Notes: generated from the sequence alone by a model not told the origin. Positions 1 to 9,901 are shown, counted from the first letter of the stretch. The stretch is 64,000 nucleotides of DNA from an uncultured delta proteobacterium (GCA_963803435.1 CAWDML010000010.1:64001-128000); one strand, 5' to 3'. Numbers and translations are program-made.

Positions 1-178
1 GAAGGAGGACTTCGAGGTCCGCCTGGGCGACGAGGAGCAGGTGGTGGCCACGCTCGAGCGCATGTGGGCCGGAACGCCGCTCGTCGAGCTCCCGCGGGCC
101 CTGATGAAGCTGACCCGGCACTTCCAGAAGTCCGAGGAGAAGTCCGACGTCTCCGCATTCATCTACGAGATGTTCTGA
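1..178 (+). CDS. Partial hypothetical protein (3' end only)
   Basis: Frame starting at base 2 reads KEDFEVRLGDEEQ...SDVSAFIYEMF* with GC-rich third positions; stop TGA at 176-178. Confidence 0.6.
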   Translation, partial: KEDFEVRLGDEEQVVATLERMWAGTPLVELPRALMKLTRHFQKSEEKSDVSAFIYEMF

Positions 179-603
179 TCCCCGGAGGCCTCACCGTCCG
201 GGCTGGCGATGACGACGACGTAACCGTCGAGATCACGCAGCCACATCTCGCGGTGCTGCGGCGCCTGGTTGACGTGCGGCTCGAGGACGACCTCGGCGCC
301 GAGATCACGGGCACGAGCGACCGCCGCGTCGAAGTCGTCGATCTCGAACCAGACCAGCACGCCGTGGCCATGGCGCGCCTCGTCCGGTCCGACGAGGTTC
401 GGATGGTCCTCGTCGTCCCATCGGTGGATCTGGAGCACGAGCGCGTCGCCGGCCATCAGGCGGTCGTAGACCAGGCGATGGGGATGGTCAGGATCGCCCT
501 GGCGCGTCAGGCCGAGCAGGCGCCGATACCAGGCGCTGCTGGCCTTCACGTCGCGCACGGCGATCAGGGTCTGGGGACGAACGTTCGGGGTCGATGGGTT
601 CAT
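163..603 (-). CDS. VOC/glyoxalase family protein
   Basis: IAVRDVKASSAWYRRLLG, WFEIDDFDAAV and REMWLRDLDGYVV motifs. Confidence 0.85.
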   Translation of the reverse strand: MNPSTPNVRPQTLIAVRDVKASSAWYRRLLGLTRQGDPDHPHRLVYDRLMAGDALVLQIHRWDDEDHPNLVGPDEARHGHGVLVWFEIDDFDAAVARARDLGAEVVLEPHVNQAPQHREMWLRDLDGYVVVIASPDGEASGDQNIS

Positions 604-719
604 GGGATCTCCTCCGTGATGCCGTGTCTACCGTGCCGCGATCGGCGGGTCGCGTCTTGGAGGAAACGGACCTGTGGACGCAGCGCCTTGTCCCTTAAGC
701 AAGCGATCCGCGGTTCTTG

Positions 720-1075
720 GCCGCGATCGCGTCACCGAGCGCACGGACCTCCTCGCGGAGGTGGGGCGGCTCCAGACCGAGCCCCCTTCGCGAGCTCGAA
801 GACGGCGTCGAGCAGCGTTTCACGCGAGGGCTGAAGCGGCACGGCACGGCTTCCTCGAAGACGAGCTACCGAAGGGAAGGCCGACGACGACTGGTGGACA
901 GCCGCGGCGCGCGAGCCGACGGGCCTCCTCGCTCCCGTCGAGTCCAGGCGAAAGCGCGGCGTCGAGGTGCAGCGGCAGAGGACAACGCGGGCCGAGAGCG
1001 CTTGTGACGGTACGGGATGCGCCCTCCTGTTGCTGAAGAGCAACTCGAGCTGATCGAGCGGGGGCCTTCGAGCGG
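720..1075 (+). pseudogene. Degraded IS91/ISCR-like (Y2) transposase fragment
   Basis: Reads ...AAAEDNAGRERL*RYGMRPPVAEEQLELIE, matching the ERLCRY..RP motif with Cys replaced by TGA (1005-1007); upstream pieces are frameshifted. Confidence 0.55.
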
Positions 1076-1216
1076 GGTGTGGCGGCGTACGGCTGCCCGC
1101 GCGAGGTGCTGACCGGCGGCAGTACACGGCCTGGCGTGGGGTCACAGAGTTGTCACGGGGCGGGCTATCGGATCGCGGCGGGGGCAGCCAGGAACGGAGG
1201 TCCGCGCGCCGCGTCG

Positions 1217-2119
1217 TCAGCGGCAGATCGAGCTGCACGTGGACGGCGAGGACCCGTCTGCAGCGCACGCCCGGAAGCAGGCGTCGACGGGGCTCTCCGC
1301 GGCGCCGCACTCGCAGGTCTCGGACGAGATGCCGCAGATGCTGCGACAGGTCGATCCGGAGGTTCCGTCGGCGATGCAGACGTCGTAGCACCCCACCATG
1401 CCGCAGGGGGTGGAGGCTCCGCAGATGCTGTGGCACGTCGAAGCGCTCGTCCCGTCGGCCTGGCAGACAGCATAGCAAGCGCGCTCGCCGCACGACGTAT
1501 CGGCGCCGCAGATGCTGTGACAGGTCGACGCGGAGGTCCCGTCGGCGACGCACACGGCGAAGCACCCGACCTCTCCGCAGGCGGTGACAGTCCCGCAGAT
1601 GCTGTGGCAGGTCGACGCCGACGTGCCGTCCGACAGACAGACCTCGTAACACCCGCGGTCCGCACCGGCGCTGCTGCCACCGCAGATGCTGTGGCAGGTG
1701 GAGGCTGAGGTATGGTCGGCGACGCAGACCGCGTAGCAACCGTAGCCGTTTCCCTCCGGGCAGCTGCTCTTGCACGTCGACGTGCTGGTGCCATTGTCGA
1801 TGCAGCTCTGCCAGCAAGCCTCGACCGCGAACTCGCACGCAGTGACCTCGGCGACGCCGCTGTCGCGGTCGGGCCCGCCGCCGTCGGAGGTTCCGGCGTC
1901 CCGCTGCATCCCGGCGTCAGGCGGGGTGCACACGCGGCAGGTGATCTCGCACGAAGCGGGGTCCAGGCACGAGTCGCCGGTCGTGTCACACGCGCACACG
2001 TCGTTGACGCACTGATACTCGCTTCGACAGGTCTCCGCCGGCCGCGGTGTGCCTCCCGGAGGCCGGGGCCGCGAAGAGCACGCAAGCAGCGCGACCAGCG
2101 ACGCGATCAATAGGCGCAT
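1217..2119 (-). CDS. Cys-rich repeat lipoprotein with seven CX3C-X9-CX3C units
   Basis: Lipobox LVALLAC; repeated GCYAVCVADGTSASTCHSICG. Confidence 0.8.
   Translation of the reverse strand: MRLLIASLVALLACSSRPRPPGGTPRPAETCRSEYQCVNDVCACDTTGDSCLDPASCEITCRVCTPPDAGMQRDAGTSDGGGPDRDSGVAEVTACEFAVEACWQSCIDNGTSTSTCKSSCPEGNGYGCYAVCVADHTSASTCHSICGGSSAGADRGCYEVCLSDGTSASTCHSICGTVTACGEVGCFAVCVADGTSASTCHSICGADTSCGERACYAVCQADGTSASTCHSICGASTPCGMVGCYDVCIADGTSGSTCRSICGISSETCECGAAESPVDACFRACAADGSSPSTCSSICR
1332..1766 (-). repeat. Intragenic 87-nt (29-aa) tandem repeat, five copies
   Basis: ccgcagatgctg recurs at 1332, 1419, 1506, 1593 and 1680. Confidence 0.85.
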
Positions 2120-2189
2120 TCGTCGCGTCTAGAGCCAAGGTGCCGAGCAGCGCAACCGGAGAAGCCGAGGAATCGCGGGTGCACGCGAT

Positions 2190-2774
2190 CACCCCAGCGC
2201 ACCTCGAACATCGCCCCCGCCTGCACTACGTGTTCGATCTCTGGGCCGACCTATGGCGAAGTCAGCGGGCGAAAGGTGACGTGATCATCGTCCGCTTTGC
2301 TGACGACGTCATCGTCGGCTTCGAGCATCGAGAAGACGCCGAGCGTTTCCAGGAAGAGCTGGCGGAGCGACTGCGCAAGTTCGACCTGGAGCTCCACCCC
2401 GACAAGACCCGGCTGATCCGGTTTGGGCGCTCCGCCCACCGGGAGCACCACCAGGGCGTCTGGCTCGGGCAAGTGGTCCGAGGCTGGTTCGGCTATCACG
2501 GCGTGCCGTTCAACATCGACGCGCTGAGCCGATTCCGGCACGAGGTAGTCCGGCGCTGGTTTTGGGCGCTTCGTCGCCGAAGCCAACGCGGCAACCGACT
2601 GACCTGGTCCCGCTTCTATCGGTACGTCGAGTGATGGCTCCCTCGTCCGAAGATCGTGCATCCGTTCCCGATTCAACGTCTGCGCGTCAAAACCCAAGGC
2701 AGGAGCCCGGTGCGTTAGTAGCGCTCGCCGGGATCTGTGCGGGGGGCACCGGCAACGGCCGTCCCTACCGCGAC
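2190..2774 (+). mobile_element. 5'-truncated group II intron relic: RT/maturase fragment plus ribozyme domains V and VI
   Basis: LHYVFDLW, VRFADD, LHPDKTRLIRFGR, then an internal deletion, maturase X domain and premature TGA at 2634; DV aggagcccggtgcg...cgccgggatct from ~2701 and DVI ending ccctaccgcgac at 2774. Confidence 0.85.
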
Positions 2775-3166
2775 TCGAAGCAATCGTAGTTCCGTTGCAG
2801 TGCGATTCTCCCCTCACGGACCTCGAAGTGCATCGAGCAGCGCGCCGACATCGTCGACCCGGCCGGTCGGGTGCCGAGGGGAACAGCGAGTACGGCGCTC
2901 CACGTGACCTCGAGAACCGCGCGGCTCTCATCTTCGATCGTCGACATGACCTCGTACCGCTCCGAGTGGAGCAGCGCTCGCCCTCGCTCCATGTCGGCGC
3001 GCCCTTCGGCGAGCGTCCGCCGCGAGCCCTGACGATCGAGGAGGTTCGGTAGCACCTCGATGACGGCATCCTGGTGGAGGAAAGCTGCGATCGCCCCGAT
3101 CGGAGCGCGTTTCTCGAGCGCGCGGAGATAACCGCGCGCGACGGCTGCCGGTGACTCTTCGTTCAT
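2765..3166 (-). CDS. SnoaL-like / NTF2 family protein
   Basis: FLHQDAVIEVLPN and FEVREGRIALQRNYDCFE; divergent from a MarR gene. Confidence 0.8.
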   Translation of the reverse strand: MNEESPAAVARGYLRALEKRAPIGAIAAFLHQDAVIEVLPNLLDRQGSRRTLAEGRADMERGRALLHSERYEVMSTIEDESRAVLEVTWSAVLAVPLGTRPAGSTMSARCSMHFEVREGRIALQRNYDCFESR

Positions 3167-3228
3167 GTCCACAATCATAGTTGTGGATTTAGATATTGCA
3201 CAACCATGATTGTGCGTTATCATGCGCC

Positions 3229-3741
3229 GTGGCGAAGCCGCCGAAGACCTCGCCTCAGGACGGGCCGCCGGAGCCTGCCGAGCTCGATCTCGGCACTCTG
3301 GCGCTCTTCGTGGGCCAGGCCTGCGCCGAGGCCGTCCAGCGCGACCTCGCCCGGCTCGGCTTCGGCGACGTCCGCTTCTCGCACGGCTACCTGTTCCAGC
3401 ACCTCGTCAGCGCCGAAGGCCGCGCGATCACCGAGCTCGCCCGCCGCCTCGGCGTGAGCCAGCAGGCGGCCTCCAAGTCGATCGCGGAGGTGGAGCGGCT
3501 CGGCTACGTCGAGATGGTTCGAGACCCGACCGACGCTCGGCGCCGCATCGTCCGCCTCACCCGTCGCGGACGCGCCGTCATCATGGCCGCCCGCCGGGCC
3601 CGGTTGCGCCTGGAGCGAACGCTGACTCGAGAGCACGGCGCCCGCGCGCTGGCCGGCTGCAAGGCGACGCTGGCCGCGATCCTCGATGGCTTGGGCGGCA
3701 CCGAAGCGGTGAGGCAGCGCCGCATTCGCGCTCCGCGGTGA
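3229..3741 (+). CDS. MarR family transcriptional regulator
   Basis: ITELARRLGVSQQAASK and DPTDARRRIVRLTRRG; GTG start assumed. Confidence 0.9.
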   Translation: MAKPPKTSPQDGPPEPAELDLGTLALFVGQACAEAVQRDLARLGFGDVRFSHGYLFQHLVSAEGRAITELARRLGVSQQAASKSIAEVERLGYVEMVRDPTDARRRIVRLTRRGRAVIMAARRARLRLERTLTREHGARALAGCKATLAAILDGLGGTEAVRQRRIRAPR

Positions 3742-3775
3742 GCGCGATGGCGCTGTCGTCGCCGCATGCTGGCAA

Positions 3776-4498
3776 TCACGGGTTCAACGCCATCATCTCA
3801 GGGTAATGGTAGACGTCCGATTTCGCCGGCGGGCTCAGCGACGTCGCGATCATCGCCTTCGCGATCTGCGCAACGGTGATCGACTTGTATCTCGCCGGCG
3901 TCACGAACGAGAACGCAGGAAGAACCTTCTCGAGCAGCCAGGGTGTGTGTTGTGAGCCGATGATCATCGCCGGGCGGAAGATGCTCACCACGGCTGGTCC
4001 CTCCTCCTTTACCGCCTCCTCGGCCTCGCCCTTCACACGAGCATAACGCGCCGTCCCCGCGGCGCCGGAACCGGTCGGCGCCCGTGTGGGATCAGCGCCG
4101 GCGGCGGACATGAACGCCAGGTGCTTCACTCGCCCCGATGCCGCGAGCCCGCGCGCAAAGGCCGCATTCAGCCCCACGTCGATCGCGCGATGCTCGTCGA
4201 TCGTGAGCTTCGCGGTACCGGCCCCTACGCCCAGCACGCTCAAGCCGACGACGTCGCCCTCGAGCACACGAATGGCCTCCGTCGTCGCAGTCTGCAGACC
4301 GACGGGATCCATCGCGGCAATGAGCGTCTCGCGCAGCTCGACACGCGCATCGCGTGCCATCGCGACCTGGTCAGGCTGCGAACGACGCACCAGCGTCACG
4401 ATGGGGTTGAACGATCCACTGCGAATCAGTCCCTGGATCAGCGCGCTGCCGACCGAACCCGATGCACCGAGAACCACAGCCGCTTGCGTGCTCGACAT
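3776..4498 (-). CDS. NAD(P)H-binding oxidoreductase (TIP30/HTATIP2-like atypical SDR)
   Basis: VLGASGSVG Rossmann motif, YARVKGEAE, SIFRPAMIIG. Confidence 0.8.
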   Translation of the reverse strand: MSSTQAAVVLGASGSVGSALIQGLIRSGSFNPIVTLVRRSQPDQVAMARDARVELRETLIAAMDPVGLQTATTEAIRVLEGDVVGLSVLGVGAGTAKLTIDEHRAIDVGLNAAFARGLAASGRVKHLAFMSAAGADPTRAPTGSGAAGTARYARVKGEAEEAVKEEGPAVVSIFRPAMIIGSQHTPWLLEKVLPAFSFVTPARYKSITVAQIAKAMIATSLSPPAKSDVYHYPEMMALNP

Positions 4499-4849
4499 GA
4501 ACGGGACTCGGACAGTTACTCCGATCGAGAGACGAGGAAAAGGCCGACTTTGGAGCCCCTCCGGCACCACCGCGCCGGCGTGCGCCCTCGTAGGGCGGCA
4601 GCGTCGTCAGGCGCACGTCCTCGAGCGGACCTCCAACGGTGAAGTGATACAGGCTCTGCCAGGCGCGCGTCGTGATGCCGAGCAGCGCGTCGGGATCCGC
4701 GTGCTCCAGGATCGCCCTGGGTCAGTGCGCCGGTCCCGCACCCGACATCGAGCGGTGAGGGTGTCGCTGCGAATACCCACCCCGGGTCTCTCATCGTCCC
4801 GACGCGGCGACGTCGACGCGCCGGAGCGATTCTCCGTAGGCTGGTCTCG

Positions 4850-5587
4850 ATGACGTCCGTCGGTCCTCTCGCGGGTGCGGGCGCACGATGGCAGCCGAGC
4901 CCTCCGGGGTCGGACGACCCGCGGCCTGATCTCGGAGGCGGCGACAGCTTCCACCGCGTGCGGGGCCGGCGATACGAGGTGCTCCTCGGCACCGGCGCTC
5001 CGCGAGCCGCGGCCGGAAGCTCGATCCGGATCGAGAGAAAGGATCCGGCGTTCGAGTCCGAGGTGCGCGCGGCGCTGGATCTGATCCGATCGACGGCGCC
5101 GGGCAAGGCGATGCTCGAGGTGATCGATCGGAGCGGCAAGCCGGTGATCATCCGGAAGGGCGCCGAGCTCGACGGCCGCACCGACGGGAACCACGAAGAG
5201 GACGGCTATCTTCGAGAGGACGGCCGCCGAGGCCCTGGCACGGGCGCGACCGTCTTCTGGAACCCCGCGTATGAAGGGCCGGACGAGCCCGGCGGGCCGA
5301 AGTTCCCGGCGAGCAACGTCTTGATCCACGAGCTCGTGCACGCGTTCAACATGGTGACCGGGACCATGGCCGACTCCGACAAGTGCCCGCCCGGAACCAC
5401 GGAGGAGACGTGCGATCTGGTGCCTGCCGAGGAGAGCCAGGCGGTCGGGCTGCCGTTCGACCACGACGACAATCCCTCGACCCCGGACATCACGCCGGAG
5501 CAGTTCTACCGGAAGTACGGGCTCCCCGAGGTCTCCGAGAACGCGATCCTGAAGGCGCTCGGTCGTCCGCTGCGGACGGCGTACTGA
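4850..5587 (+). CDS. Zinc metallopeptidase, M91/NleD-like
   Basis: ALDLIRSTAPGKAML, VLIHELVHAFN (HExxH), EESQAVGL, VSENAI...LRTAY. Confidence 0.7.
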   Translation: MTSVGPLAGAGARWQPSPPGSDDPRPDLGGGDSFHRVRGRRYEVLLGTGAPRAAAGSSIRIERKDPAFESEVRAALDLIRSTAPGKAMLEVIDRSGKPVIIRKGAELDGRTDGNHEEDGYLREDGRRGPGTGATVFWNPAYEGPDEPGGPKFPASNVLIHELVHAFNMVTGTMADSDKCPPGTTEETCDLVPAEESQAVGLPFDHDDNPSTPDITPEQFYRKYGLPEVSENAILKALGRPLRTAY

Positions 5588-6083
5588 CCCCTGCCGCCTC
5601 CCGCCCAGTCGGCGCTGTGGTTGTGACCGGTCAGGTCCGAGCCGCCTCCGAAGCGTCGGCCCGTTGACTGAAACTTCGTTCAGGTGAGAACATGGGGCGT
5701 GCCGCCGGCGAAGATCTCCAACCCGCCCAACCCGTACGCGAGCACCTCGATCCAGTACCTCGGCGACGTGGGCTCGGGGCCACAGGTCGTCGGGACGAGT
5801 CCCGGGTCCGGCGGGTGGGCCAATCCGGCGGGCCAATCCACGCCGTGAAGAAGACTCAGGGACCCAAGTCCCCAATCCAGCGGTCTCCCAGGACCCGCAC
5901 ACGTCCGGGTGGACTCGGGATTCGTGGGTCCACCGTCCGTGGGACCGGTTCCGCCTCGACGGTCGTCCACGCCCAGCTCCCGACCTACCATTTCTTCCCT
6001 CCTCCCACTGTCTGCAGCACCCGACACCTCGCGCCGAGACGATGAGTCCGGGAGGTGGAACACGGCCTGCAACGTGAACGCCG

Positions 6084-7259
6084 ATGCGCTGGCTCCTCCC
6101 CCTTGCTCCACTTCTGGCGATGGCTGCGTGCGCGCAACCTACGCTCGAGCCGGGGTGCCAGACCAACTCGGATTGCGGCGGCGACGAGCGCTGCGTCGAG
6201 GGGCTGTGCATCGAGGTGCCGGTGGTCATCAAGGACGCGGACGCCACGGTGCCGCCGATCGCCGAGGGGTTGGAGAACGACGCCGGCATCACGCCCCTCG
6301 ACAGCGGGACGTATGCCGACGCAGCCGCGACGGACGCCGAAGCAAGCGATACCGGCACCGAGATGGACGCGGGCCAGCCATCACCCGAGGACGCCGGCAC
6401 CGATCCCGACGCCGGGGTGTGCTCCGGCGTCACCGTCGAGATCCAGGGCCGCGGCGTCTACTGTTCCCTCCCGGAGGCGATCGAAGCCGCCCAGCCGGGC
6501 GACGTGCTCCTCATCCCTCCAGGCCGATTCGACGGGTCGATCTCGCTGACGAAGGGCATCACGCTGCACGGGGCCGGTGAGACCACGGTGCTCGCGGGGG
6601 CCGGCGCGCCGACGGTCTCGGTGCTCGCCGCCGGCGTGGTGCTGGAGGACCTGTCCATCGAGAACGCGAGCGCCGACGGCGTCATGCTCAGCGCTCAGGC
6701 GGAGATCCGCCGGGTGCGGATCGGACCGGCGGTCGACAACGGGATCTGGATCCAGGCCGGCGGGAACCTGACCGGGGAGGATCTCACCATCGAGAACATC
6801 AGCACCACCGACAGCTCGGGCATCTATGTCGTCGCGGGAGGTGTGGGCGTGGTCTCGACCTCGGTCATCCACGGCGTGTCCGACGGCGTCGACGTCATCG
6901 GCGGCGATCTCACCCTTTACACCACCGAGCTGTACGGGAACGTCTGGGACGGCGCCTATCTCGAGGGCGGTCGCCTCGATCTGGAGGCAGGCTGCGACAT
7001 GCACGACAACCCGGAGGCGGGGGTCCTGGTCTACGATGGCGTCTTGGTGATGCGCGGCTCGTCCAGCCACGACAACGCCGGCGAGGAAGGGGACGGGTTC
7101 GCGATGATCGGCGCGACGTCCTGGGAGATCACCGACAGCTCCTTCACCAACAACGGCGGCTTCGGCCTGTACTGCGACAGCCCGTCTCCGCCGCCGGTCG
7201 CCTGCACCAACGTTGTCCATACCAACAACAACGCCGGAACGAACTGCGCCTGCCCCTGA
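6084..7259 (+). CDS. Lipoprotein with right-handed beta-helix (pectate lyase-like) domain
   Basis: Lipobox MAAC; Cys-rich N-terminus; AIEAAQPGDVLLIPPGRF followed by parallel beta-helix repeats. Confidence 0.75.
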   Translation: MRWLLPLAPLLAMAACAQPTLEPGCQTNSDCGGDERCVEGLCIEVPVVIKDADATVPPIAEGLENDAGITPLDSGTYADAAATDAEASDTGTEMDAGQPSPEDAGTDPDAGVCSGVTVEIQGRGVYCSLPEAIEAAQPGDVLLIPPGRFDGSISLTKGITLHGAGETTVLAGAGAPTVSVLAAGVVLEDLSIENASADGVMLSAQAEIRRVRIGPAVDNGIWIQAGGNLTGEDLTIENISTTDSSGIYVVAGGVGVVSTSVIHGVSDGVDVIGGDLTLYTTELYGNVWDGAYLEGGRLDLEAGCDMHDNPEAGVLVYDGVLVMRGSSSHDNAGEEGDGFAMIGATSWEITDSSFTNNGGFGLYCDSPSPPPVACTNVVHTNNNAGTNCACP

Positions 7260-7390
7260 GCGGCAACGCGTCCGGTTCCGCGCCACGGCGTGGCATTCAC
7301 CGGATCGACCTCGACGGTCGTGGTGGGTGACCTCGGACGACCGGACGGCTCGAGATCGCCGCCCGCCGCCGAGCGATCTATCCTCGCGGC

Positions 7391-7830
7391 TTGGCGAAGC
7401 TGATGGGTGTCGTCCACCTCCTCCCTCTCCCCGGCAGCCCGGGATGGGCGGGATCGATGGGCGCGATCTTCGAGCGGGCGCTCGACGACGCGCGCAAGCT
7501 GATCGACGGTGGCGTCGACGCCCTCATCGTGGAGAACATGGGCGATGTCCCCTACCTCAAGGGACCCGCCCAGCCGGAGACGGTGGCGGCCATGGCGATC
7601 GCCGCGGAGAAGGTGGCCCGGCTGGGCCTGCCGACCGGCGTGCAGGTGCTCGCGGGCGCGAACGTCGAGTCGCTGTCGATCGCGGTGACCGCGGGGGCCG
7701 CCTTCATTCGAGTGGAGTCGTTCGCCTACGCCCACGTGGCCGACGAGGGGTGGATCGACGCCAGCGCCGGCGGGCTGCTCCGCAAGCGGCGAAGTCTGGG
7801 TGCGCCGATCGAGGTGTGGGCGGACGTCCT
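7391..7830 (+). pseudogene. 3'-truncated BtpA/SgcQ family gene
   Basis: GVVHLLPLPGSP, IVENMGDVPY, FIRVE..AHVADEG; similarity ends after IEVWADV and the ORF runs on antisense into the next gene. Confidence 0.7.
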
Positions 7831-7888
7831 GGACGTCGATGCTCCGACTCTAATCCGGAACCCCCAGCCGTCAAGGTCGGCCGAAAGA

Positions 7889-9235
7889 TCATCGCGGCAT
7901 GGGGTCCCAGAGCGGCCCGGGCCGCATCGTGATGGCGGTGTCGGCCGGCAGGGCCGCGAGGGCCGTCTCCAGCTGATCGAGCGTGGTCTCGTCGGTGAGC
8001 CCGGTGCGCTCGACCGTGGCGCGCTTCGTGGCGCCGTCCTCGAAGAGGATCGACCAACCCTCCGCGACTCGCGCATCTCGATCGAGCTGGACGATCCGTA
8101 GTGGCAGCGGAGCCCGCGCGCGAGTGAATCGATGGACGACCTCCGGGAACGGCAGGCTCTCGGGCGCCACCTCCAGGCGCTCGAGCCGGGGCAGGAGCCC
8201 GGTCAGACGCGACAGCACGCCCGGCGTCACGCCCGCGCCGATCAGTCGGAGGACGCGCAGGCGCGGGAGGTTGTCGGTCTGGTCGAGCGGCCCCAGGACG
8301 TCATCGTGAGACGGCTCGACCTCGAGCTCCTCCACCGCGAAGGGCGCACCGGTGATCAGCTCGAGCACGCCCTGGTCGTCGATCGGCCCCAGCGCGCGCA
8401 GGTGCCGCATCCCGTGTCCGATCGGGCGCAGGCCTCCAGGGAGGAAGCGGAGGCGCTCGACCGTACGGAGCCCGAGGTCGTCGCGGTCGAAGTGGTGCGC
8501 GATCTCGGGCGCGACGTACAGGCCGACGTCCCTGAGGAAGCCGCGCTCGAAGACGGCCGCGCCCCGTGGGACGAAGGGTCCGAGGCCGCCCATCCAGGCG
8601 CGGTGGTGCTCGACCCACAGCTGGAAGGCGCGCTCGCGCACCGAGTCGTCCGGCTCGGGGTGGAGGACCAGGGAGAGGTACTCGCCTCGAACGTCGCCCT
8701 TCTCGAGCCAGTGATCGGCGAGCACGTGACCGGCGCTCTCCGTGCGATCGAACAGCGCCTTCGCGGTGGCGTCGAGCGGCCAGGGCTCGGGTCGATCGCG
8801 CGCCATGTCCAGCCAGGGGCGGACCAGGCGGCCCAGCGGGGTCACCTCGATCCGACCGTCGGGCGCCCGGCGCGCCAGCGCGAACGGTCGCGCGTTCTGC
8901 TGCTCGTCGAAGTTTTGATTCCCCCGCTCGTGACAGTAGGCCTCGAACGGCGGCACCAGCTCGCCATAGCCCCAGTCCACGTAGGCCCCCGCCACGCTCT
9001 CGTCGGGCCAGTCGACCGCGGCGCGCTCGGAGGCGTGGATGGTCACGTGCACCTCGTCGTCGGCGTTGTCGTTCCAGTACTGCGCCAGCCCCAGGACCGC
9101 CGAGCGCAGGTTCTCCGGATACTCTCCCACCACGGCGGCGAAGCGCCGCTCGAGCACGTCGCGCCGCATCGCCAGGACGGTGGCGTCATCGGCGAACTTC
9201 TCGCACCACCAGTCGCCATCGAGGGGTGGCGCCAT
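7889..9235 (-). CDS. Hypothetical protein with TIGR02996-like segment and LRR-like C-terminus
   Basis: HVLADHWLEKGDVRGEY; LPRLRVLRL and LPRLERLEV repeats. Confidence 0.6.
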   Translation of the reverse strand: MAPPLDGDWWCEKFADDATVLAMRRDVLERRFAAVVGEYPENLRSAVLGLAQYWNDNADDEVHVTIHASERAAVDWPDESVAGAYVDWGYGELVPPFEAYCHERGNQNFDEQQNARPFALARRAPDGRIEVTPLGRLVRPWLDMARDRPEPWPLDATAKALFDRTESAGHVLADHWLEKGDVRGEYLSLVLHPEPDDSVRERAFQLWVEHHRAWMGGLGPFVPRGAAVFERGFLRDVGLYVAPEIAHHFDRDDLGLRTVERLRFLPGGLRPIGHGMRHLRALGPIDDQGVLELITGAPFAVEELEVEPSHDDVLGPLDQTDNLPRLRVLRLIGAGVTPGVLSRLTGLLPRLERLEVAPESLPFPEVVHRFTRARAPLPLRIVQLDRDARVAEGWSILFEDGATKRATVERTGLTDETTLDQLETALAALPADTAITMRPGPLWDPMPR

Positions 9236-9901
9236 TCAGCTCCCCCTCGCGTGCTCGACCTGGCGCCGGCGTTCGGCGTCGATCATCCGGTGCATGTAGC
9301 ACTCGAGGACCACGCAGGTACCCTCGCGCCCTCGCGCTCTCGCCCAGTCGAGGCCGAAGGTGGCGTCCGTGAGGGCGGCGTGTTGATCGGAGCGCCCGTC
9401 GTTGTGCGAGACGTCGATCTCGTCGATGCAATCGTAGTCGAGGAGCCGGCGGAGCGCCGCGTCACCCAGGACGCCGGCGCAGCGCTGGATGAACAGGTGG
9501 GAGACGTCGACGGCCAGGGACAGGCGCCGGTCCATCGCCCACGAGAGCTCCGCCTCGGAGCCCAGCAGATGGCCGGGATACATGGTCTCGAGCACCGGCA
9601 CTCGGGCGCCGGCGTCGACGGCGGCGGCGAACGCGGCGAAGTCGATCCGGGCGGAGGACGGTGGGTGGACCGAGGTCGATCCGACCAGGCACTCAACGGT
9701 CTCGCTCCATACCGGCTGCACGCGGCGCTCGTACGCGAACCCGTGGTGGGTCCGCACCGCGAATCGCGCCGCGTGCTCGGCGAACCCGAGCGTCGGGTGG
9801 TTGCCGGGCGTGAGCTGGACGCCGTCGGCGAGCGGCGCCAGCGCGTCGAACGCCTGTCGCATCGGCCGGCCCTGCAGACAGGAGAGGGCGAGGAGGAGCA
9901 T
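9236..9901 (-). CDS. Metal-dependent TIM-barrel protein (AP endonuclease 2 / DUF692-like)
   Basis: THHGF, SVHPP, LETMYP, AVDVSH, EIDVSHNDGRSDQH, VLEC; directly abuts the downstream gene. Confidence 0.6.
   Translation of the reverse strand: MLLLALSCLQGRPMRQAFDALAPLADGVQLTPGNHPTLGFAEHAARFAVRTHHGFAYERRVQPVWSETVECLVGSTSVHPPSSARIDFAAFAAAVDAGARVPVLETMYPGHLLGSEAELSWAMDRRLSLAVDVSHLFIQRCAGVLGDAALRRLLDYDCIDEIDVSHNDGRSDQHAALTDATFGLDWARARGREGTCVVLECYMHRMIDAERRRQVEHARGS

Noticed and set aside
1332-1766. Regularly spaced 87-nt repeats resembling a CRISPR array
   Set aside because: The period is a multiple of 3, the repeats are in frame within a lipoprotein gene, the 'spacers' resemble each other, and no cas genes are present
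1217-2774. Reverse transcriptase next to repeats as a DGR or retron
   Set aside because: The RT is a truncated group II intron protein followed by DV/DVI; repeat differences are not adenine-specific and there is no TR/VR pair
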